From the IMG/VR virus record IMGVR_UViG_3300020472_002474: a stretch of DNA of 64,000 bases; one strand, written 5' to 3'. The stretch is from an uncultured virus (IMG/VR IMGVR_UViG_3300020472_002474) (Duplodnaviria > Heunggongvirae > Uroviricota > Caudoviricetes). Position numbers and translations under genes: made by a program. Below, piece by piece: positions 9,899-20,483 of this stretch. The notes under the pieces were generated by a model that searched no databases, was not told the DNA's origin, and was given only the letters and a program-made list of their open reading frames with translations. Numbering within the stretch: position 1 is the stretch's first letter; each line of letters starts with the position of its first letter.

Positions 9899-11448
9899 TT
9901 AATAGACTCTCTTAATTTATTATATAACATTTCTCCTCCATCAATAGAAGATAAAATTTTCTGATTGTGTTTTATTTTTGGTAAAACACTTACATATATT
10001 TTATGTAATTCTTCAATATCCATTTTACACAATCTTTCAACTTCTCTCATTATAAAAACCATCCTATCAAGTGGATCATCAATCTCATCATAACTCTCAT
10101 CAAACATCTCAGGAAAGGTTTTAAATCCTACCGAATGTAAATATTTTAATGTATGTTTATTTCCAATCACAATAAATGGATGTAGAGCAACTGCCTTGTA
10201 AATTTTTTCCGTAACCCTAACCAAATTACCAATTCCCCAACCAAGACTTTCCCAAGTTGTTTCGGTAACAAGTGAAAAATATGTATCGGTGAAGTGTTCG
10301 GTGTGGATGTATCTATCATTTCTAATATCACCTAAAAGTTCACTCAACTCGTGTGGTATATCACCATAAGATTTACCAAGTAGATTATAAATATTACTAC
10401 CATCATCTAACTGTAAATACTTGTGGTCAACATCAAGATTTATCGGTAACTTATCATACAATGTGGATATATAATCATGTGTAAAATTATATTGTTTGTA
10501 TTTTTTATCAAATTTATCAAATCCCTCATACTTAGTTTCTTGAAAATTAAATAACATATCGATTTGAGTTTGTAATTCCCACCTATCATTTTCTTGTCTG
10601 TTTATTGCAGAAACTATTCCGTCTTTATCCAATCCATTGTAAAATAACCAATTTAAAACAAATAATCTATGACCATGTAAATTTGCATTATAACACAAAT
10701 ATTTTTTTGGTTTTTTATACTCCTCTAAAAATTTAAAGTATTTATCATCAAATGGAAAAGAATCATACACAAATGGTAATATATAAGCTAAATCATAACT
10801 AAATTCTTGTAAGAAAAAGTCCATAGTTGTAATTTGTGGATTGGTCATATCCATACTATTGTTTAACAATACAGATACGCACTTTCTATCAATTCCAATG
10901 TAGTCAAATATAAACAATATAAATTCCACTAATTGTTTTGGACTCACTTCTGAACAAGAATTAATTAATAATTTTATTTTTTTATCTTTCAGTAATCCAA
11001 AAAGTTGTTCTCCTAATATTTTTTCAATATGATTTTTTATTCTCTCTTTAGACCTTAATGGTATTTCATGGTCACCTATATCTGGATTATTCCAAAGAAC
11101 TTCATCTCCTGTTGGATTATCTTCTGCCCACAAATCGTGCACTATGTGTTCGTTATTTTGAAGTTCAGTAACCCAATATCCTTCTTCATCTGGATTATTA
11201 TAATAAGGAATCCAAGTTTTTTCTTCCATAACAACCGCATTAATCCATCCAATATCAATTAGTGCCACATTGTTCTCATAATCACCACTCTTTAATTTTT
11301 TTACTTTTGAAGAATGTAAATCACAATAATTTAACTTATCCAAAATTGGTGGTTTAAATCCATATATGTAATGTGTGTTGTGAAAACCCTCAAAGGTTTC
11401 ACTTTTACCCAATGTTCCATGCCACACATTAATTTTACTATCAGACAT
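9895..11448 (-). CDS. Putative glycosyltransferase, GT10-like paralog 4
   Basis: YLCYNANLHGHR; TYFSLVTET; VTEKIYKA; GFKTFPEMFDESYD. Confidence 0.6.
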   Translation of the reverse strand: MSDSKINVWHGTLGKSETFEGFHNTHYIYGFKPPILDKLNYCDLHSSKVKKLKSGDYENNVALIDIGWINAVVMEEKTWIPYYNNPDEEGYWVTELQNNEHIVHDLWAEDNPTGDEVLWNNPDIGDHEIPLRSKERIKNHIEKILGEQLFGLLKDKKIKLLINSCSEVSPKQLVEFILFIFDYIGIDRKCVSVLLNNSMDMTNPQITTMDFFLQEFSYDLAYILPFVYDSFPFDDKYFKFLEEYKKPKKYLCYNANLHGHRLFVLNWLFYNGLDKDGIVSAINRQENDRWELQTQIDMLFNFQETKYEGFDKFDKKYKQYNFTHDYISTLYDKLPINLDVDHKYLQLDDGSNIYNLLGKSYGDIPHELSELLGDIRNDRYIHTEHFTDTYFSLVTETTWESLGWGIGNLVRVTEKIYKAVALHPFIVIGNKHTLKYLHSVGFKTFPEMFDESYDEIDDPLDRMVFIMREVERLCKMDIEELHKIYVSVLPKIKHNQKILSSIDGGEMLYNKLRESIK

Positions 11449-12928
11449 TCGATATCTCCTTTAGTACATTTAGTAACAATTCTTCTCTATCAAATTTCAA
11501 TAACAATTCATGGTTGTGTTTTATTTTAGGTAAGGTATTTACAAATTTTTGGTGTATCTCATCAATATTCATTTTAGATAATTTTTCAATTTCATCAAAA
11601 ATAATATTAAATCTTTTTAATGTATTTTTTTCATCATCGTAACTCTCATCAAACATTTCAGGAAAAGTTTCAAATCCAATTGACCTTAGATACTTTAAAA
11701 CTCCATCATTTGCAAACAAAATAAATGGGTGTGGTGATGCTAAACCCTTTAATGTTTTTTCACAGATATGTACCAATTCATCATTATCCCAATCAGAATG
11801 TTGATTGTTTATTGAGGTTTCACTTATTATAGAAAAGTATGTATCCAAGTGGTGTTCAATGGTTATAAATCTATCACTTCTAATACGATTTATGTTTGAT
11901 TCCATCTCTTGAGTAAATACATATTTATCTCTGAGTCTTTGTTTAAAAATTTCATCATCACCTTGTAAAAAATCCACATCAATATCAAGGGTGATTGGAA
12001 ATTTTGAATAATAATCATCTAACAAATTTACAACTGACCTATCATAATCACTAATATCTTCTCCACTATAATCATTAGTATTTCTGTAAGAAAGAAATTG
12101 AATCATTTCCGATTTCAATTCATCTTTAGGCACCTCAGACCTGTTTAAGAGTGAAATCAATCCATACTCATCTAAGTTCTTTTTATACAATGATAAAGCA
12201 CTATACAATCTGTGTCCATGTAAATTTGCGTTATAGGATAAATATCTCTTTGGTTTTTTATATTGAGAAAGGTAATCAATATTTAATTCACTCAATGGAT
12301 AATACTTACCCATTTCAAATACTGGTTTCACATCTCGAATAAAACAATATAAAAAATAATCCCAGCTGATAATCTTGGGATGTTTAAAATTTTCAGTATT
12401 GTAAATCAAACAACAAACATTTTTTAATCCTACATACTCTAACAAAAAGATTAAAGTTTCGGCAAATTGTTTCGATATCAATTCGGTATGAGAATCTATT
12501 ATCAAGGTAAACTTACCACTTTCCATTGAATTAAATAAGTTCTTCCCAATTATATCAGAGAAATATTTTCTCAATTCCAATTTAGTTTTTAATTGTCTAT
12601 TTCCGAAACTTGGTAGAGTTACTGCATTTTTTCTATGAATATTAGCAAAGAAGTAGTCCTCTACTATGTGAAAGTTCTGTTCCCTATAATAAGTTACCCT
12701 CGACTCATCCCACTTCAATTCGCTACTAAGTAGTCCTGGTGGAATAAATACAAAATTAGTTTTGTAATCACCATCTACCTTATCGAAATCTATACCATCC
12801 CAATTTTTAACTAAAACTTTATCAGTAAATGGCTCAACTGAAGCTTCATAGAAATTTGATTCGGTATCACTTACTTTGGTAGGTAGTCCAAAGTTACCTT
12901 TCCAAATAGTAAAATCATTTAATTTCAT
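11441..12928 (-). CDS. Putative glycosyltransferase, GT10-like paralog 5
   Basis: YLSYNANLHGHR; TYFSIISET; ICEKTLK; GFETFPEMFDESYD. Confidence 0.6.
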   Translation of the reverse strand: MKLNDFTIWKGNFGLPTKVSDTESNFYEASVEPFTDKVLVKNWDGIDFDKVDGDYKTNFVFIPPGLLSSELKWDESRVTYYREQNFHIVEDYFFANIHRKNAVTLPSFGNRQLKTKLELRKYFSDIIGKNLFNSMESGKFTLIIDSHTELISKQFAETLIFLLEYVGLKNVCCLIYNTENFKHPKIISWDYFLYCFIRDVKPVFEMGKYYPLSELNIDYLSQYKKPKRYLSYNANLHGHRLYSALSLYKKNLDEYGLISLLNRSEVPKDELKSEMIQFLSYRNTNDYSGEDISDYDRSVVNLLDDYYSKFPITLDIDVDFLQGDDEIFKQRLRDKYVFTQEMESNINRIRSDRFITIEHHLDTYFSIISETSINNQHSDWDNDELVHICEKTLKGLASPHPFILFANDGVLKYLRSIGFETFPEMFDESYDDEKNTLKRFNIIFDEIEKLSKMNIDEIHQKFVNTLPKIKHNHELLLKFDREELLLNVLKEISNV

Positions 12929-14320
12929 TTATCTCTCAAGTATATTTTTAAATTCATTCTCTAATTCCTTATATTGATTTGGAATAAAAGTATTGTAGAA
13001 GTGTGAATAGTTAAATTCTAATGTGTCTATTATTGAACAATACCAATCGTGTAAATCTTCTAAGGGCATTTCACATAATTTTTTAATCTGTTCTTCAATC
13101 ATCAAAAATCTCTGTTGATTATCCAAACACACATCATATGACTCGTCAATAAATGGATGAAAAGTTTTAAATCCATAACTTCGGATTTTCTTTAAAGTAA
13201 ACGGACTTGCAACTATTATAAAAGGATGATAATTCATAATCGGTTTCCAAGTTTTTTCTGAAATAAAAAGTTCCATATCATCTTGTGGTGCCTCACGAAA
13301 AATGGATTCCGTTACAATACTAAAATATGTATCAAAATAATGATTAAATGTTGTATGTGTAACCGACCAACAGACAGACATATCTTGTTTATCCAATAGT
13401 AATGGTAATTTATTATTTAACTTAACAGAATATTTTTCATAATCGTCAAGTATATCACCATCATGTATTACATCTTGAAAGTGATTCCGTTTTAACCAAT
13501 CATCAGGATTATGAACAACATCATAACCTGTCATCCCCATCTGTGGATATGATACAAGTCCTTTACTTAAAAGATTATTTTTAAACAACGATAAAACTAA
13601 AGCAGTTCTATGTGATTTGGGTATTCTATTGTATGATAAAAAATATTTTGACCTCTTATCAAATTTTAATATATTTTTTTTATTTTTAGTAGCCCTTGTA
13701 TTCTTGCCATGATAAAGTTGAAATTTATTATCCACCACATTTAATTCATGATATGTTAGTGCACAATAATTTATTGAAAACACATTTAGGTCTTTTGATA
13801 TTTCCTTCATATGTTTTTTTAAATTTAGATTTGAATCACAATAACTAACATTATCAATAGGAATATTATACTTGTCCATCTCATCCAAAATAATTGGATA
13901 TAATGATAAAGCACTTCTACCTGATGTTTTGGAAGTACCTTCAAATGGATAATATAAAAGAAGTTTAGCCCGTTTAGACTTTATATCTTGTAATGCCTCA
14001 TCTGATATTTCAGAAAGAAATGATTTTTTAACCCCATCTCTTAGTATTGTATTGTTAGGATTATTTAATTCCCAAGGCTTATCAATTCCAAACCCTTCAG
14101 AAAAAAAACGAAATCCAACTGGATAAATATAATTAGGAATATTATTTTCGTGTATATCTTTTATTGTCATACTAACGGCACCAACTCCACGAAATGTTTC
14201 TTGAATTACTCCACCCGTATCACAAGGTCCCCAATCACCACATTTAAAATTGATACAATTATCTACAAAATAATTTTCATCTTCGCTATAATTTTCATAT
14301 CCAAATACAATTTTATCCAT
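12929..14320 (-). CDS. Putative glycosyltransferase, GT10-like paralog 6
   Basis: FLSYNRIPKSHR; TYFSIVTES; FISEKTWKP; GFKTFHPFIDESYD. Confidence 0.6.
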   Translation of the reverse strand: MDKIVFGYENYSEDENYFVDNCINFKCGDWGPCDTGGVIQETFRGVGAVSMTIKDIHENNIPNYIYPVGFRFFSEGFGIDKPWELNNPNNTILRDGVKKSFLSEISDEALQDIKSKRAKLLLYYPFEGTSKTSGRSALSLYPIILDEMDKYNIPIDNVSYCDSNLNLKKHMKEISKDLNVFSINYCALTYHELNVVDNKFQLYHGKNTRATKNKKNILKFDKRSKYFLSYNRIPKSHRTALVLSLFKNNLLSKGLVSYPQMGMTGYDVVHNPDDWLKRNHFQDVIHDGDILDDYEKYSVKLNNKLPLLLDKQDMSVCWSVTHTTFNHYFDTYFSIVTESIFREAPQDDMELFISEKTWKPIMNYHPFIIVASPFTLKKIRSYGFKTFHPFIDESYDVCLDNQQRFLMIEEQIKKLCEMPLEDLHDWYCSIIDTLEFNYSHFYNTFIPNQYKELENEFKNILER

Positions 14321-15254
14321 TTAAATACCACTTTACCGTTTCTTCTATACCTTCTGTAAATGAATACTTTGGTTGAAAACCAAGTTCTTTTGATATCCTA
14401 TCTGTGCTTACTTTTCTAAAAGGTATCGTTGTTGGTTTAGAATCATCCCATTCAACTTTAGGTGTTTTGCCCGTAACCTCTAATATCGTATTTAAAATAT
14501 CACCAATCGTAATGGTCGAACCATATCCAAGATTGTATGGTCTCATAGATTCACCTTTTTCTAATACTAACAAAGCACCATTAACAACATCTTTAACATA
14601 GAGAAAATCTCTAACAACATCAGGACTTCCCCAAGCTATAAATGGATTTTCATCACTTAATACTCTTTTGATAAGTGCTGGAACTACATGGCAAGTTTTT
14701 AAATCAAAATTATCATAAGGACCAAACATAGCAGTTCCTCTTGCTATTCCTATTTTCATATCGGTCAAATGAGAACAATGTTCCATCACCTTTTCACGAT
14801 ATCTTCTCATCCACCCATATCCATAATATGCTATGTAAGGTTCATCATCCCAATACTCATCTTCTGTTATTGGATATCTTCTATCAGGATAACCAGTAGA
14901 ACTATTTACATCTACGAATCCTTTTACATTTGATTTATAAGAAGCCTCTAATACATTAGTTATTACTGCTATCTGATTTAATGCTACTTGAAAATCACTA
15001 CTAACATTTGATGGATGACAAATTTTTCCTGCACTATGAACAACATAATCCGCTCCATCTACAAGTTTCATACAATCATTAATGTTCTCTAAATCGAGAT
15101 TTTCAAATACCTCTATCCTATCATCTTGTATCTGTAATGGTCTTTCATGTGTATGTGTTACTACATTAGCACCTCTTAATAGTAGTTCCTCTAAATAATG
15201 AGTTCCAACAAAACCACTTCCACCAGTTACAACTACTCTTTTACCCTTATACAT
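14313..15254 (-). CDS. NAD(P)-dependent epimerase/reductase (GDP-fucose-synthase-like extended SDR)
   Basis: VVTGGSGFVG; GPYDNFDLKTCHVVPALI; WGSPDVVRDFLYV. Atypical YGWMR in place of YxxxK. Confidence 0.85.
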   Translation of the reverse strand: MYKGKRVVVTGGSGFVGTHYLEELLLRGANVVTHTHERPLQIQDDRIEVFENLDLENINDCMKLVDGADYVVHSAGKICHPSNVSSDFQVALNQIAVITNVLEASYKSNVKGFVDVNSSTGYPDRRYPITEDEYWDDEPYIAYYGYGWMRRYREKVMEHCSHLTDMKIGIARGTAMFGPYDNFDLKTCHVVPALIKRVLSDENPFIAWGSPDVVRDFLYVKDVVNGALLVLEKGESMRPYNLGYGSTITIGDILNTILEVTGKTPKVEWDDSKPTTIPFRKVSTDRISKELGFQPKYSFTEGIEETVKWYLNG

Positions 15255-16215
15255 AATTACTCCTACAATGTTCTAATAAAAAATCTATACTTTCATCAAG
15301 ACTATAACTTGGTTTCCATCCTGTTATTTCTTTAAACTTATCTACCGATGGAATCTGTAATGTAACATCTATTGGTCGTAACAATGATTCATCAACCGAA
15401 GATTCAATCTCAATGGTAGCATGTTTTTTTAATTTTTCTAAAATTTCTCCAACACTTACGGCTTCTTCTCCACCAATGTTATATACCTCACCGACTTTAC
15501 AATACTTCATTGATTCCCAATAAGATTTTGCAACATCACGAACATCAATTAAAGTTCTAACTGAATCTAAATTTCCGTGTTTAATTATTCCACTACCTTC
15601 CTTTTCAATTTTTGCTATTTGTATCGCAAATGAAGTAGAAAAAATATCTTTCCTTCTCGGATTTATATACCCAAAAGTTCGTGTTCTTATTACATTTAAA
15701 TCCCAACTTTTATAGTATGCATACCCTAAATAATCTTGAGTTAATTTAGAAACAGCGTATGGATTTACAGGAGCTATAGGACATTCTTCCGTAATCGGTA
15801 CATTTTCTTCTGAAACTTTTCCATATAATTCAGAAGTGCTACATATCATTATATGTGGATTAGTTTTTGTAAATCTTATTGCCTCTAATAAGTTAGCAGT
15901 TCCCATAACATTACCACCAACCATTAACAATGGATTTATAAAACCTTCTCTTTGTTTAGCATGAGATGCCAAATGAAATATACAATCAGGTTTTACTTCT
16001 TGTAATACCCTTAATATAGAACTAAAATCTTGTAAATCACATTCATGTATATCAACATCATCTATACAATCTTGTAAATTTTTTAAAGATGGTTCTGTAT
16101 GCCATCTAACTATACCCGATACCTTAACTTCAGGATGATTTTCCACGATGTATTCTGCAAGATAACTTCCTGCACTTCCACCGATTCCTGTTATCAAAAC
16201 ATTTTTAAATTCCAT
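15247..16215 (-). CDS. gmd: GDP-mannose 4,6-dehydratase
   Basis: VLITGIGGSAGSYLAE, EVKPDCIFHLA, CSTSELYG, PVNPYAVSK, GNLDSVR, LLRPIDV; start MEFKNV at 16215 with AGGAG RBS. Confidence 0.8.
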   Translation of the reverse strand: MEFKNVLITGIGGSAGSYLAEYIVENHPEVKVSGIVRWHTEPSLKNLQDCIDDVDIHECDLQDFSSILRVLQEVKPDCIFHLASHAKQREGFINPLLMVGGNVMGTANLLEAIRFTKTNPHIMICSTSELYGKVSEENVPITEECPIAPVNPYAVSKLTQDYLGYAYYKSWDLNVIRTRTFGYINPRRKDIFSTSFAIQIAKIEKEGSGIIKHGNLDSVRTLIDVRDVAKSYWESMKYCKVGEVYNIGGEEAVSVGEILEKLKKHATIEIESSVDESLLRPIDVTLQIPSVDKFKEITGWKPSYSLDESIDFLLEHCRSNYV

Positions 16216-17389
16216 TACATACTCCTGATATAAATTCAATATCGTCTATTTCTAATTCTGGATAGTTAGGTAAAAAGAATCCTCGTGAATGTATTTTATC
16301 TGCAACTTTACCATGAAATTCACCAAATCTATTTACCCAAAATGGATGTAATCCAAGATTACCAGCACTAAATATACGAGTTTCTATACCATTTTCTACT
16401 AACCTACTAACAACTTCTTGTCTATGTTTTTTATTTTTAGCAAGTGCTCCAAACGAGATACTACACGGATTATCATCTCCCCAATCTTGAAATTCAAAAT
16501 GTCCATCTAATTGTTTTGCATATTCAATATGATTTTCTGTCCTCATTTCTGATATCCAATCTGCCTTTTTAACTTGCATCAAACCTAAGTAAGCCTGTAA
16601 ATCTGTTGAACGAAGATTAAAACCAGGAACTAAAAAAGTAAATGGTTCGTGAAATGTATCAACACTATTTTCATTCATTTTCTGTTTGTATAAATCCTTC
16701 GGTAAATCTTTACCCCAACCATGACTTCTTAACATAAGTAACATATGATATATATCTTCATCATCAGTATTTATCATTCCACCCTCGATTGTTGAAAATT
16801 GATGTCCAAAATAAAATGAAAAAGTTGACATTATTCCGACTTGTCCAGCCTTAGTTCCATCTTCATAACTTGAACCAAGTGATGCACAAGCATCTTCTAT
16901 CAACGGAACATTGTATTTTTCGGACAACCTCAATAATTCTTCCTTGTAATGTGGAACACCTAATACTTGAACAAATATTATTGCAGAAATTTCTTCAGTT
17001 TTTAAAAGAAATTCTGTTTGTTCTAAATCAATACCAAATGTTTTCTTATCAGCATCAACCATGACGGGTTCTATTCCAAATTGTATCAATGGTGAAATCG
17101 TAGTAACCCAACCAACTGATGGAACGATTACCTTACCATCCAACTTACCGAGTTCCTTTAATGCATAAACCATTAAAAGATTGGCAGAAGAACCTGAATT
17201 TACAAATACAGAATATTTTGTTCCTATGTATTTTGCCCATTCTTTTTCAAACTCAACCGTAAGTTCTCCTTTGGTTAATCGTGGATAATCTTTTAACCAT
17301 TCGATTAGATTTTGTATTTCCACTTCTGTTATTGTTTCTTTTGCTAACGGATATTTTATTGGTATATCCGTGTGTTGAAAATTACCCAT
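16205..17389 (-). CDS. DegT-family PLP enzyme, ColD/E1-type NDP-4-keto-6-deoxysugar 3-dehydratase
   Basis: VNSGSSANLL, IEDACASLG, STFSFYFGHQFSTIEGGM (His where aminotransferases have Lys), LRSHGW, PGFNLR. Confidence 0.82.
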   Translation of the reverse strand: MGNFQHTDIPIKYPLAKETITEVEIQNLIEWLKDYPRLTKGELTVEFEKEWAKYIGTKYSVFVNSGSSANLLMVYALKELGKLDGKVIVPSVGWVTTISPLIQFGIEPVMVDADKKTFGIDLEQTEFLLKTEEISAIIFVQVLGVPHYKEELLRLSEKYNVPLIEDACASLGSSYEDGTKAGQVGIMSTFSFYFGHQFSTIEGGMINTDDEDIYHMLLMLRSHGWGKDLPKDLYKQKMNENSVDTFHEPFTFLVPGFNLRSTDLQAYLGLMQVKKADWISEMRTENHIEYAKQLDGHFEFQDWGDDNPCSISFGALAKNKKHRQEVVSRLVENGIETRIFSAGNLGLHPFWVNRFGEFHGKVADKIHSRGFFLPNYPELEIDDIEFISGVCNGI

Positions 17390-18284
17390 TTATTGACTCC
17401 AAGTACCATTCAATAGTTTTTAAAATACCATCTTTAAAATTAGTAGTGGGTTTAAAACCTTTACTTTCTGCCCTTTTCATACTCATTAACCTTTTTGAAT
17501 CACCCATTGGTTTTGTTTTATCCCACACAATTTCCTTGTCAAAATAATCAGAAACTATTTCTGCTATTTCTCTTATAGTTACACCATTTCCACTTCCGAG
17601 ATTTACTGGTTCTGTAACTTTATTCTCCACCATGTGTAACATACCTTGTGCCACATCTTCCGAATAAATTAAATCTCTGATTGGTGAACCATCTCCCCAA
17701 ACTTCTAATACATCATTCTCGTGTGCCTTTTTAATCAATGATGGAACGACCATAGACCATTCACCAAAATTATCATAAGGTCCATATACATTTGCAGGTC
17801 TTACGATAGAACATTTGTTCCATCTATTTTCTTCCATATACGCTTCTACATTCATCTCACCGATTCTTTTTGCCCACCCAGCAAACCAATCGTTTTCACT
17901 TGGAAATGTTTTCCAAACATCATCCTCTTTAAATACTTCGGCTGGGTGATACACACCAACTGAACTTGTATAAAGAAACCACTCTACATCAGCATTAAAT
18001 GCGGCCTCAACCATGTTGGCATTAAATTGAATCATAGGAACACTAAATGATGCTGGTGATTCCATACACCTTACAGGTGAACCTTTTATTCCTGCTAAAT
18101 GGAACACTATGTCTTGTCCTTCACAAACCCTTTTACAAACATCCCTATTTCTTAAATCATCAGGTAAGTCTGTTTCGGTTACATTTGCACCTCTTTCTTT
18201 TAATAATTTTACCAACTGATGACCTATCATTCCGTTGGCTCCTGTTACTAATACCTTCTTATCTTTCATAAAATACTGCCCCAC
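17382..18284 (-). CDS. NAD(P)-dependent epimerase/reductase (GDP-fucose-synthase/ColC-like)
   Basis: VLVTGANGMIG, FHLAG, RPANVYGPYDNF, VWGDGSPIRD; atypical AGWAK. Start may be ATG 18269. Confidence 0.85.
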   Translation of the reverse strand: MGQYFMKDKKVLVTGANGMIGHQLVKLLKERGANVTETDLPDDLRNRDVCKRVCEGQDIVFHLAGIKGSPVRCMESPASFSVPMIQFNANMVEAAFNADVEWFLYTSSVGVYHPAEVFKEDDVWKTFPSENDWFAGWAKRIGEMNVEAYMEENRWNKCSIVRPANVYGPYDNFGEWSMVVPSLIKKAHENDVLEVWGDGSPIRDLIYSEDVAQGMLHMVENKVTEPVNLGSGNGVTIREIAEIVSDYFDKEIVWDKTKPMGDSKRLMSMKRAESKGFKPTTNFKDGILKTIEWYLESING

Positions 18285-18876
18285 TTATACTTGTTTCACA
18301 CGTTTGGTCTTGATTTAAAAAAGAAAAACTTTTATGAAAAAAATCTTCCATTCTATAATTACCATAATTTTGTTTTAATAAATGAAATGGAATTTCAATA
18401 CCCTCATAAAATTGATTGTAGTTTTGAGGATTTAAAGAGTCCTTAGTCCAACTATCTATTCCGATACAATCCGAATAAACAACCACCACAATACCAAGTT
18501 TATTATTTTTAAATGCACCCTCAAGAACTCTTTTGATTCCACTTGTTAAGTTTTTTACCAAATTTTTTGGTTGTTGTTCTTCATCATTTTCACCAAACCA
18601 TTGACCATCAAAGAAAATTAAATTAACAGATTCGGTTGGGTTTTTGGGTGAGAATACATTATCCATAACGATAGAGGTATTATCAGTTTCTCCATATTGA
18701 TAATTTACATAATGATTATCATAACTAATTAATTTTTCATAATTTAAAAAGTTGTGTCGTTCAAATTCTGCATCTACATTTCCTGTAACTATTATATTTT
18801 GTAATGATTTACCACCTAAATGATTCTCAACAAATGGTTGGTAAATTTCCTTGTAAGAATCGGATCTATTTTTCAT
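18259..18876 (-). CDS. Hypothetical protein
   Basis: Fills the gap between coupled neighbours; likely start MKNRSD at 18876; no recognisable motif. Confidence 0.6.
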   Translation of the reverse strand: MKNRSDSYKEIYQPFVENHLGGKSLQNIIVTGNVDAEFERHNFLNYEKLISYDNHYVNYQYGETDNTSIVMDNVFSPKNPTESVNLIFFDGQWFGENDEEQQPKNLVKNLTSGIKRVLEGAFKNNKLGIVVVVYSDCIGIDSWTKDSLNPQNYNQFYEGIEIPFHLLKQNYGNYRMEDFFHKSFSFLNQDQTCETSISGAVFYER

Positions 18877-19396
18877 TATAATAATCACCCCATTCAATTA
18901 TTAAAGAAGAACCATCTTTGCTGTATGCATCTTTGAATGCTGGTAATATTTCTTCAGGTTCATTTAACAAAATAACATTAACCTCATTTAAAATATCCTT
19001 CATCACTTGTGTGTAATCTTGAGTATGTTGAACTCCACCATCAAGTGGACTTTTAGCACCAATGGAAGTTCTCATTATTACTTTAGGTTTAAAATTATCC
19101 TCTGTCATTTCTTGAATTTTATCCAAATGATTTACTAATGAATCCATACATCTAAGTAAAAAATCAAATCTTGGAAAACAACTGATTGGAACTAATCCCT
19201 CTAATGCCATTCCTGTTCCCATTCCCATTTGTATTTCTTCAAACACAGGAAGTTCAAGTTTCTTATCTTCCGATACCGTACTTAGTGTATTGTAAATCGC
19301 ATTACCACTATAACTTACTGATTGTCCGAGGAAGATAGTATCATCTTTTTCACCCAACCACTCCATACTTTTTATTAATTCGTCTTTATACTTCAT
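18866..19396 (-). CDS. ThDP enzyme beta subunit (transketolase/E1-beta pyrimidine-binding domain only)
   Basis: IFLGQSV, ELPVFEEIQMGMGTGMALEG, PRFDFL, GVQHTQD; lacks the C-terminal domain. Start MKYKDEL at 19396. Confidence 0.85.
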   Translation of the reverse strand: MKYKDELIKSMEWLGEKDDTIFLGQSVSYSGNAIYNTLSTVSEDKKLELPVFEEIQMGMGTGMALEGLVPISCFPRFDFLLRCMDSLVNHLDKIQEMTEDNFKPKVIMRTSIGAKSPLDGGVQHTQDYTQVMKDILNEVNVILLNEPEEILPAFKDAYSKDGSSLIIEWGDYYNEK

Positions 19397-20013
19397 TAGA
19401 ATAACACCCAATTTCCTGTTCCGTGATGTGGATAATCACGTTCATATTTATAATAAATTACATCATCTGGTATATCTCTACTACCACCCCAAGCCTTATC
19501 CGTTGGTGTATTTGTGCTCAATCCGTTATCCTCAACCACGAATTGTAATGGTAAATCATGATTACGAACATACTTATGTGCCTCGTAAAATATACCACTT
19601 TCAAAAGTCATATCTCCAACAAAACACCAAGTTTTATTTTTACTACCATTTATTTTTTGTGCTTTCGCAGTTCCTACGGCTATCGGTATGATTCCACCAA
19701 CTATTGATGATGAGTAAAACTTAGGTTTGGTTGAATACACACTCATACTTTTACCACGAACAATTTGATTCATAAGTGTATCTCTTGGAATACCATGTAG
19801 TAATGCATGATAATGATTTCTCCAACTACTAAATACCCAATCGTCCTTATCAACATCTTCAAATATTTTTATAAGTTCATTTTCATTACCACCACTTAAA
19901 TGAACAGGTGATGTAATTTTACCTGATTCATAAATTTCTTTTACTTCTGTTTCAAAGTCTATCAGAAATGATTTATCATCTGCTCTCTGTATACTTTCTT
20001 GTCCTCTAATCAT
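19396..20013 (-). CDS. ThDP enzyme alpha subunit (E1-alpha-like, short)
   Basis: PVHLSGGNE, WRNHYHALL, SSIVGG, ThDP motif GDMTFESG...VVEDNG. Confidence 0.87.
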   Translation of the reverse strand: MIRGQESIQRADDKSFLIDFETEVKEIYESGKITSPVHLSGGNENELIKIFEDVDKDDWVFSSWRNHYHALLHGIPRDTLMNQIVRGKSMSVYSTKPKFYSSSIVGGIIPIAVGTAKAQKINGSKNKTWCFVGDMTFESGIFYEAHKYVRNHDLPLQFVVEDNGLSTNTPTDKAWGGSRDIPDDVIYYKYERDYPHHGTGNWVLF

Positions 20014-20483
20014 CTATCCCTCCCATATATTATTGGATTATTGTGGGGCCATTCAAATCCCCACATCTCATCATTCCACTTGATTACAAATTGGTCATCG
20101 ATATCAACATAATCTCCATCATATGCCATTTTATAATGAAATGTACAATCATCACTTAATACAAAATGACCATTACCACAACCAGGTGGAACTAAAACTT
20201 GTTGTCTATTTTCTGCAGATATTATAAATGAATCCCAATCCTTATAAGTTGGTGAATCTTCACGATTATCTGCCACAATTAAATAAAATTTTCCTTGAAC
20301 ACAACTTATTAATTTCCAAGTTTTAAAATCTCCGTGTAAACCTCTTAATGTATTTTTTCTTGAGTGTGAAACTTTATCCATTTGCCAGTTTAATTTTGGA
20401 TATGATTCATCCCAAATCGTGTAAATATCTCCACGAAAATCTTCCCACGCATCTGATTTAAATTGTTGTAAATCTTTAATCAT
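20010..20483 (-). CDS. rmlC: NDP-4-keto-6-deoxyhexose 3,5-epimerase (RmlC cupin)
   Basis: DFRG, LRGLHGD, KLISCVQG, DNREDSPTY, QVLVPPGCGNGH.VLSD, IKWND. Confidence 0.88.
   Translation of the reverse strand: MIKDLQQFKSDAWEDFRGDIYTIWDESYPKLNWQMDKVSHSRKNTLRGLHGDFKTWKLISCVQGKFYLIVADNREDSPTYKDWDSFIISAENRQQVLVPPGCGNGHFVLSDDCTFHYKMAYDGDYVDIDDQFVIKWNDEMWGFEWPHNNPIIYGRDR

Noticed and set aside
18866..20013. Pyruvate dehydrogenase E1 as a central-metabolism auxiliary gene
   Set aside because: Both subunits are short, no E2/E3 is present, and they sit among NDP-sugar genes; sugar branching is more plausible.
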